Below the pieces are notes generated by a model, which searched no databases, was not told the DNA's origin, and saw only the letters and a program-made list of their open reading frames with translations. Positions 59,044-64,000 of a DNA stretch of 64,000 nucleotides are shown in pieces (the first letter of the stretch is position 1; every line of letters begins with the position of its first letter). Both the position numbers and the translations under genes were made by a program. The stretch comes from an uncultured Bdellovibrionales bacterium (GTDB taxonomy: Bacteria > Patescibacteriota > Minisyncoccia > Moranbacterales > UBA1568), in contig CAZGXN010000001.1 of NCBI GenBank assembly GCA_964530135.1, positions 68,110 through 132,109 of the forward strand, read 5' to 3'.

Positions 59044-59220
59044 ATGAGTCGCGTCTGCCAACTTTCCGGCCGGGGAACCCAAACCGGTAACAAAATCAGT
59101 CATTCCAAGCGCCACACACGCCGGACATTTGCGATTAATTTGCAAACAAAGCGTATTGGCGGCATGAAGCTTCGTCTCTCGACTCGTGCCATCCGCACCC
59201 TGGCAAAATCTGCCGCGTAA
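59044..59220 (+). CDS. rpmB: 50S ribosomal protein L28 (58 aa)
   Basis: MSRVCQLSGRGTQTGNKISHSKRHTRRTFAINLQTKRIGGMKLRLSTRAIRTLAKSAA matches L28. Absent from the ORF track (<60 aa). A track ORF covers this span on the opposite strand. Confidence 0.85.
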   Translation: MSRVCQLSGRGTQTGNKISHSKRHTRRTFAINLQTKRIGGMKLRLSTRAIRTLAKSAA

Positions 59221-59243
59221 ATGCGCTGCGTTCGAATTCAAGA

Positions 59244-59265
59244 ACTGATCCGCTCCGGCGGATTT
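59244..59265 (+). terminator. Intrinsic terminator after rpmB (ATCCGC-tccg-GCGGAT plus T6)
   Basis: Perfect 6-bp stem and a T-run. Confidence 0.6.
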
Positions 59266-59272
59266 TTTCATG

Positions 59273-59301
59273 ATTCTTGACAATGTTCGACACGAGTAGC
59301 A
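59273..59301 (+). promoter_or_regulatory. Putative promoter TTGACA-17-CATAAT
   Basis: ttgaca at 59273-59278 and cataat at 59296-59301. Confidence 0.45.
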
Positions 59302-59445
59302 TAATCGTTTGGTTGGTCCTGTTACCCAATCTGACGCTTGGTCTACAAAAAAGGGACTCAAGGAAAGATTTCGTGGCACGATCAACTTGTTTTTTGGCTC
59401 TTTCCCAATTTTCTTACAACCCACACAACAGCGCTAGGAGAAACT

Positions 59446-60009
59446 GTGCCTACCACACAACGCATCACGGAAACACATGCGATTTTGACATGCTACGACA
59501 CACGGCTCGACCCTATGGTTGAGATCTACCGACAACAACTCGTGCTCGATGGACACGCCGTGCTCAATCCCATTCGTCCCATTGGCGGACTGCACGCCAT
59601 GACTCGCAGCGCCTGTCGACATTTCTTCTATGATCAGCTTGATGGACTGATTCTCGTCGGCCAAGCCACGCATATCCATATTTTTCCTCATACCAACTGC
59701 CAGTACGGCTGGCTCAAGGTACGGGATAAAGTGGGCGAGACATTTGAACAAGATCTCGGTTTCCAAATCGATATGTTGAAAAAGTCTTGCAGTGGCGCGG
59801 CGGCCCACATCAACCACAAATTTCCCGAGCAACACATCAGCATTATCGGACACATCATCTGGACCCAAGAGAAACGTTTCATCAGTTTGACGGAAGCACT
59901 TGATATCTTGGGGTCACATCAGCACAAGCATGTGCAGCATTCCCAGAGCGATATGTCTCACTCTGCTCGCATCGGAAGCACCAAGCCACACGCAGAACTC
60001 CGCATCTGA
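59446..60009 (+). CDS. Beta-class carbonic anhydrase (compact, about 187 aa)
   Basis: Zn-ligand and catalytic motifs C-x-D-x-R (LTCYDTRL) and H-x-x-C (FPHTNCQYG). GTG start at 59446 follows RBS AGGAG. An in-frame ATG at 59338 is an alternative. Confidence 0.65.
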   Translation: MPTTQRITETHAILTCYDTRLDPMVEIYRQQLVLDGHAVLNPIRPIGGLHAMTRSACRHFFYDQLDGLILVGQATHIHIFPHTNCQYGWLKVRDKVGETFEQDLGFQIDMLKKSCSGAAAHINHKFPEQHISIIGHIIWTQEKRFISLTEALDILGSHQHKHVQHSQSDMSHSARIGSTKPHAELRI

Positions 60010-60106
60010 ATCCTTTCGGCGTGATTGCGTACGCCACTTCAAAGACACCAACCGACAATGTTCGGGCGGTGTTCTTTTTTTTAAAAAAATTTCAGTCCTG
60101 AATGGG

Positions 60107-60652
60107 TTAGTCTCGAGATACTGTATTGGCTGATGCTTCGATGGATGTCTGGGCCTTCAGATAAATCCAGATGCCGGCCGCGACAAGACCCGTGAACGCG
60201 ATGAGTGACCAATCCGCGATGGACAATCCCAAGAAGCTCCAGTCAACGATAGCGCAATTCCCTGTCCCGCCGAGCGCAAAAATGACATCATCAAAGAAAG
60301 AACCGAAAGAGACAATACAACCAGCCGATGAAGAGTCGATCTCCTGGAAACGCTGCAGGTACACATGCCGCGCTGCCACGAGCCATCCAATACAGGCAAG
60401 GAGTGTAACCACGGTACTAGCCACTCGTATAGTAAAACGCGGCCACCAACCCATATACCCGATAAGAGCGGCCAATCCGACGAGGGCATAAAAGAATCGT
60501 TGAACAATGCACAGCGGACATGGCACAAGATCCGCTACCCGAACCAGCGCGAATGCAAACACGAGTAGGGATCCGCAAAATATCACGACCCCCAACAATA
60601 GTTGATGCGGCGAGCGAAAGAAACGGTACAATTTCGAAAAAAGAGCTGTCAT
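60107..60652 (-). CDS. Disulfide bond formation protein B (DsbB/BdbC family)
   Basis: CPLC pair in the first periplasmic loop and a second Cys pair (C...C); four TM helices. Start chosen at M 60652. The track ORF extends to 60820. Confidence 0.65.
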   Translation of the reverse strand: MTALFSKLYRFFRSPHQLLLGVVIFCGSLLVFAFALVRVADLVPCPLCIVQRFFYALVGLAALIGYMGWWPRFTIRVASTVVTLLACIGWLVAARHVYLQRFQEIDSSSAGCIVSFGSFFDDVIFALGGTGNCAIVDWSFLGLSIADWSLIAFTGLVAAGIWIYLKAQTSIEASANTVSRD

Positions 60653-60810
60653 AGAAATATATAAAATTTGTGATATATACCTATCTTTAGTATAGCAGCC
60701 GAGCCAATATACACTGTTCACGACAAAAAAAACGGGATCCCATAAGCATATAGGGGCCCGTTCATAGTCGCAGAAGTATGTGGTGACACAAACCAGCGGC
60801 ACAATCGGTG

Positions 60811-61155
60811 TTAGTAGCACACTCTATCCCGATTTCGATAACGCCGATAGGCGCTGATCCCGATATGGGTGAAAAGTCCGTTAAAAACCAACACGCTGAT
60901 AAGCGCTGGTCCAAGTACGGGTGGTGCAATGGCACGCCACACCATCCAGGCAAACAGTACTGCACTCATCCCACCAACAAACTCGATCAGTACGATCATT
61001 GCCGTACTCAAAGAACTTTTCCGGTTGGTATCCATCGACGCAGTCATCCGACCCCAGACAGTCTGGTGCAAGAGTAATGTTTCGACAAGCGCGAGAGAAG
61101 AACACAGCATGACCAAACCCACGGCTCGAAGTATCTCGATTGATTCCATGATCAC
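60811..61155 (-). CDS. Hypothetical membrane protein (3 TM)
   Basis: Hydrophobic helices; no motif. Confidence 0.4.
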   Translation of the reverse strand: MIMESIEILRAVGLVMLCSSLALVETLLLHQTVWGRMTASMDTNRKSSLSTAMIVLIEFVGGMSAVLFAWMVWRAIAPPVLGPALISVLVFNGLFTHIGISAYRRYRNRDRVCY

Positions 61156-61243
61156 CCCTTTCGATTGTGAAGCTACGCTTGGGCTACTCTACCGAATGAC
61201 ATATCACCCTGTCAAACGGTACAGAAGGGTTTGAAGCAAGGAT

Positions 61244-61894
61244 TTATTTTGGCATTTTCAAAACATCGACCACTCGACCATTGATGACGAAATTGTCTGC
61301 AGACGTGAGAAAAATCGGTTGGTGTCGATCATCGGTTGACTCTGGAAGGAGAGCAATGGTCTTCCCGTCAATTGAACGATAGGTCTTGACGGTCGCCAGT
61401 CCATCGATAACCACGAGTACCCGATCACCATTTTGGTATTCCTTGACATCAGCATCCACGAGAATAAAATCACCGTTTTGTATTGTCTTACCGTTGACCT
61501 TGGCCCGATTCATCGATGTCCCTGAGACCTGCACCGCAAAGACATTGTGATCCTTTACAAGACGCTTGGAAACACGGAGATAGCCTTCGACATATTGGTC
61601 GGCAAACATCATTGCCGCGCCGGCACTCGCCGCACCAAACACTGGTATCTGCACAAAATTTTCTGAGCTTACTCCTTTGAGGAGAATACCGCGATCTTCA
61701 CTCGTGCGTTCGATATAGCCCTTGTCTTCGAGAGCATTCAAGTAGAGAAAAAAACTGCGCAAACTCTTGAGATGAAGACCCAGTTTACCACTCTCCTCCT
61801 TGATCTCGCGCACCGTCGGCATTTCGCCATGCTCGGTGAAAAACTGCTTGATCGCCTGAAGAACAATCCGCTGCTTCTGAGTCAGGATCTCCAT
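61244..61894 (-). CDS. lexA: LexA repressor (wHTH plus S24 peptidase)
   Basis: N-terminal wHTH. Cleavage-site-like AASAG (Ala-Gly equivalent). Catalytic dyad Ser (SGTSM) and Lys. Confidence 0.85.
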   Translation of the reverse strand: MEILTQKQRIVLQAIKQFFTEHGEMPTVREIKEESGKLGLHLKSLRSFFLYLNALEDKGYIERTSEDRGILLKGVSSENFVQIPVFGAASAGAAMMFADQYVEGYLRVSKRLVKDHNVFAVQVSGTSMNRAKVNGKTIQNGDFILVDADVKEYQNGDRVLVVIDGLATVKTYRSIDGKTIALLPESTDDRHQPIFLTSADNFVINGRVVDVLKMPK

Positions 61895-61907
61895 ACATGT
61901 TTATGTT

Positions 61908-61930
61908 TACTCTACTTACATCATAGAGTA
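61908..61930. promoter_or_regulatory. Palindrome TACTCTA-N9-TAGAGTA, 14-36 nt upstream of the lexA ATG; candidate SOS/LexA operator
   Basis: Perfect 7-bp inverted arms; their position overlaps the expected promoter/RBS of lexA. Confidence 0.35.
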
Positions 61931-62014
61931 TACACCAAGATTATTAATGGTCAACAAATACACAGAGAATACTTATTTCCAAGCCAAGAATGGCATTTCC
62001 CTTCAATTCAAAAG

Positions 62015-62038
62015 CAAACTAGCCCGAGCGGGCTAGTT
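62015..62038 (-). terminator. Intrinsic terminator after the secreted-protein gene (AAACTAGCCCG-agc-GGGCTAGTTT)
   Basis: Perfect 11-bp palindrome followed by gcttttg on the minus strand. Confidence 0.6.
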
Positions 62039-62062
62039 TGACTGAGTACGACTTCTCTTGTG

Positions 62063-63049
62063 CTACTTGGTCTTATTACCAAAGGCTTTCGTACTACTCT
62101 CCACATAGCTCACACAATCTCCTTGATTCTTGAAGACTGGGTTGTTGAAACTCTTCCATCCGACATTCTTGCATTCATTCTTGTTTGCAGGTGCCTTCAG
62201 CACTGGCCCTGAAGTCAAGTTGAGGTTATCAATGACGAATCCATTCCCGACTGTCGCTGGTACGGCCGCCCCGCCAGTACGGAAGAGAATCGAGTCAACA
62301 GTTCGGGTCGGATTGCTTTCACAATAATTGAAGTAACCCTCCCAACTCGTCCCCGTATGCCGCAAAACACCATCGACATACACCTTGACGACATCATTGT
62401 TCACTCCATCCACGAGGTCCATAGTAACCTTAATAGTATGTGGCACGGTCCGATCTAATCCGCTTGCGACATTGGTGAAAACAAAATTATCACCCGTCAC
62501 GCAGGTTCCCGCCGGCTCAACAGCTCCGTCCTGGTAATCATAGAAGTTTACCGCAAGCCCTGTCGGTGTATCGGCCATCTGGATCCAACTCATGCGCGCC
62601 CCGTCGCCCCGATCCGGACTGGCCGTAACCGTAAGCCCTGGCTGCTCAGAACCCGGGACTGTCGAAGCGAAATCCCACTGTGCTTCAAAATGTCCTTGGC
62701 GCGTGCCCCCAGACATCCCATCGGCCTGTGCAGCCGCTTCGCCTGCTTCATCAGTAAGCGACTTCGAAAATGTCTGGTCACCAAAACAGCCGCTCGTTAC
62801 CGCATTTGACATCCGGAGTGATTGAGCGCCGAAGGATGCGTATCCATAGGTATTTGATACGACCGCGTGATCATAGACTGCACAGCCAGCACCAGCCGCT
62901 CCCGCACTACTCCACCCATCTTGATTGTGTATCGGACCGAGTGCATAGGTTGGCGACTCAAATTGTACGCCCGTACTACTCGCAACTGCACTGGAAACAA
63001 GTGCTACAAATGCTGCCACACTCACTGCTGCTATTTTCTTCATAACCAT
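62063..63049 (-). CDS. Secreted hypothetical protein (signal peptide MKKIAAVSVAAFVALVSSAVA; G/T/S-rich, probable beta-sandwich)
   Basis: Clear Sec signal peptide. Start chosen at M 63049/63043 rather than the track start at 63133. Confidence 0.5.
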   Translation of the reverse strand: MVMKKIAAVSVAAFVALVSSAVASSTGVQFESPTYALGPIHNQDGWSSAGAAGAGCAVYDHAVVSNTYGYASFGAQSLRMSNAVTSGCFGDQTFSKSLTDEAGEAAAQADGMSGGTRQGHFEAQWDFASTVPGSEQPGLTVTASPDRGDGARMSWIQMADTPTGLAVNFYDYQDGAVEPAGTCVTGDNFVFTNVASGLDRTVPHTIKVTMDLVDGVNNDVVKVYVDGVLRHTGTSWEGYFNYCESNPTRTVDSILFRTGGAAVPATVGNGFVIDNLNLTSGPVLKAPANKNECKNVGWKSFNNPVFKNQGDCVSYVESSTKAFGNKTK

Positions 63050-63196
63050 GTATTTAGAGAATAAAGAAACCTGGTTCAACCGCTCCCACCAACAATGTGG
63101 AAGACCAAGGTCATAGTAGTGTAAGTATAGCACCTTCAGTGCCTCTGTTCCGTAACAAAGAAGTCTGTTTGCGCTGCCTTCAGTATCGCGACACTT

Positions 63197-63535
63197 TCAG
63201 TACGCTGAATCATTTGAGCCCGAGTTCCCTACATTGTCTCTTCGCCTCCGTCCAGAGAAATTGAGAAAGGCTATAAGCTCCATAATGAGGTACCCGATAA
63301 AGACATAAACGAACAGGGCAAAGAGCGTGGTAAAGTCAAAAATAAGCCCTTCCACCCGAGGATTGGGGAAAATACCGCTAAAAGGAGCTACGAGCGGCGC
63401 TGACATGTCATATATCCAATCAGCAAATGGAGCATTCGGATTGGTACCAAAGAGCCGAAGCAGGAAACGAATTCCCAAAAAGAACTCTATCGCCCCCAGG
63501 ACGATATTCACCAACATTTGTATCGGAGCAAACAT
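63197..63535 (-). CDS. yggT: YggT (Ycf19) family membrane protein
   Basis: ...LGAIEFFLGIRFLLRLFGTNPNAPFADWIYDMSAPLVAPFSGIFP... matches YggT. Confidence 0.7.
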   Translation of the reverse strand: MFAPIQMLVNIVLGAIEFFLGIRFLLRLFGTNPNAPFADWIYDMSAPLVAPFSGIFPNPRVEGLIFDFTTLFALFVYVFIGYLIMELIAFLNFSGRRRRDNVGNSGSNDSAY

Positions 63536-63597
63536 AGGCTTGGACCTTAATAATTACCTTTTAGAAACATCTGTGCTTGAGATCGCTTCTCCCCTCG

Positions 63598-64000
63598 CTA
63601 CTCCAAAATACCCGCCTTGGCGAGAGCATTCGAAGCATGCATGGCGAAAATATCCAGAAATTCCAAATCCTGTGTCGCGATGTTGTGCTTTTTATTGAAT
63701 CCGAGAAAAATAAACCCACCGAGGAGCGATCCCTTGGATAATGGAAGGGTCACGAAATACTCTAATTTGTTATCGAGCGCCAAGAGTTCTGCTTCAAATT
63801 GCTTGATATCACCACTGATAGTACTTTTTTCCTTGAGCAGGTGTTTGAGGAGCCCGATCTTGCGACTCGTGATGACTTTGATCTTTTCTTTCTCCTCTTC
63901 TTTACACCCTTTGTACGAGAGCAGATTAAATTTCCCTCTCCCTTTCGCTCCGTAGAGGTACCCCATCGGAGCGCTGGAGATACTCATCGCCAAGCTCAGC
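63598..64000 (-). CDS. GAF-domain-like protein, partial (N-terminus beyond the right window edge)
   Basis: The C-terminal part resembles the end of a GAF domain (...GFIFLGFNKKHNIATQDLEFLDIFAMHASNALAKA). The ORF is open at the window edge. Confidence 0.4.
   Translation of the reverse strand, partial: LSLAMSISSAPMGYLYGAKGRGKFNLLSYKGCKEEEKEKIKVITSRKIGLLKHLLKEKSTISGDIKQFEAELLALDNKLEYFVTLPLSKGSLLGGFIFLGFNKKHNIATQDLEFLDIFAMHASNALAKAGILE

Noticed and set aside
59035-59424. Minus-strand 129-aa track ORF
   Set aside because: The same DNA on the plus strand encodes an unmistakable ribosomal protein L28 (59044-59220) followed by a terminator and a promoter. The minus ORF is a shadow.

Overview
This 64-kb window has even coding density and about 50% GC, with short intergenic gaps. 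From gene content it looks like a small-genome bacterium, probably a Patescibacteria/CPR-like lineage; this is inference. The supporting signs are an S10-spc ribosomal cluster that lacks L30 and uses a zinc-ribbon S14, several small hypothetical genes, PilM plus a T4SS-type pilin-like gene, and many glycosyltransferases.

Left to right, the window contains:
- A partial pilM (minus strand) and a small VirB2/TrbC-like membrane protein.
- A clpC-like AAA+ ATPase driven by a textbook sigma70 promoter and apparently leaderless.
- comF.
- An archaeal-type AspRS.
- A two-component pair: a tandem-REC regulator with no output domain, and a multi-TM histidine kinase.
- A GNAT gene and speH.
- A roughly 9-kb cell-surface glycosylation locus with five glycosyltransferases, a Wzz-like protein, an NAD epimerase and a SAM methyltransferase. 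An orphan three-gene small-protein operon with its own promoter, consensus RBSs and terminator is embedded in it.
- An S9-type hydrolase, tRNA-Ser(GCU) with duplicated flanking repeats, and a SurA_N chaperone.
- A membrane fatty-acid desaturase, a nitroreductase/HxlR pair, tag, pirin, an RRM protein and YegP.
- A BASS transporter, an SGNH hydrolase and an ABC-2 exporter.
- A 926-aa two-domain beta-propeller surface protein whose coding sequence holds near-identical 114-bp tandem repeats.
- A SIMPL-domain protein, ruvX, map, adk and secY.
- The ribosomal cluster rplO through rpsJ, then tuf, fusA, rpsG and rpsL.
- An M50 protease, rpmB, a compact beta-carbonic anhydrase, DsbB, lexA, a secreted protein, yggT and a partial GAF protein at the right edge.

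The most unusual points are these:
- The conserved translation super-operon is interrupted twice by GC-richer accessory genes that carry their own consensus promoters and terminators (between rplO and secY, and between fusA and tuf).
- A structured roughly 117-nt hairpin plus an A7-stem-U7 element sits between rpsJ and rplC.
- The three-gene operon inside the glycosylation island has no identifiable function.
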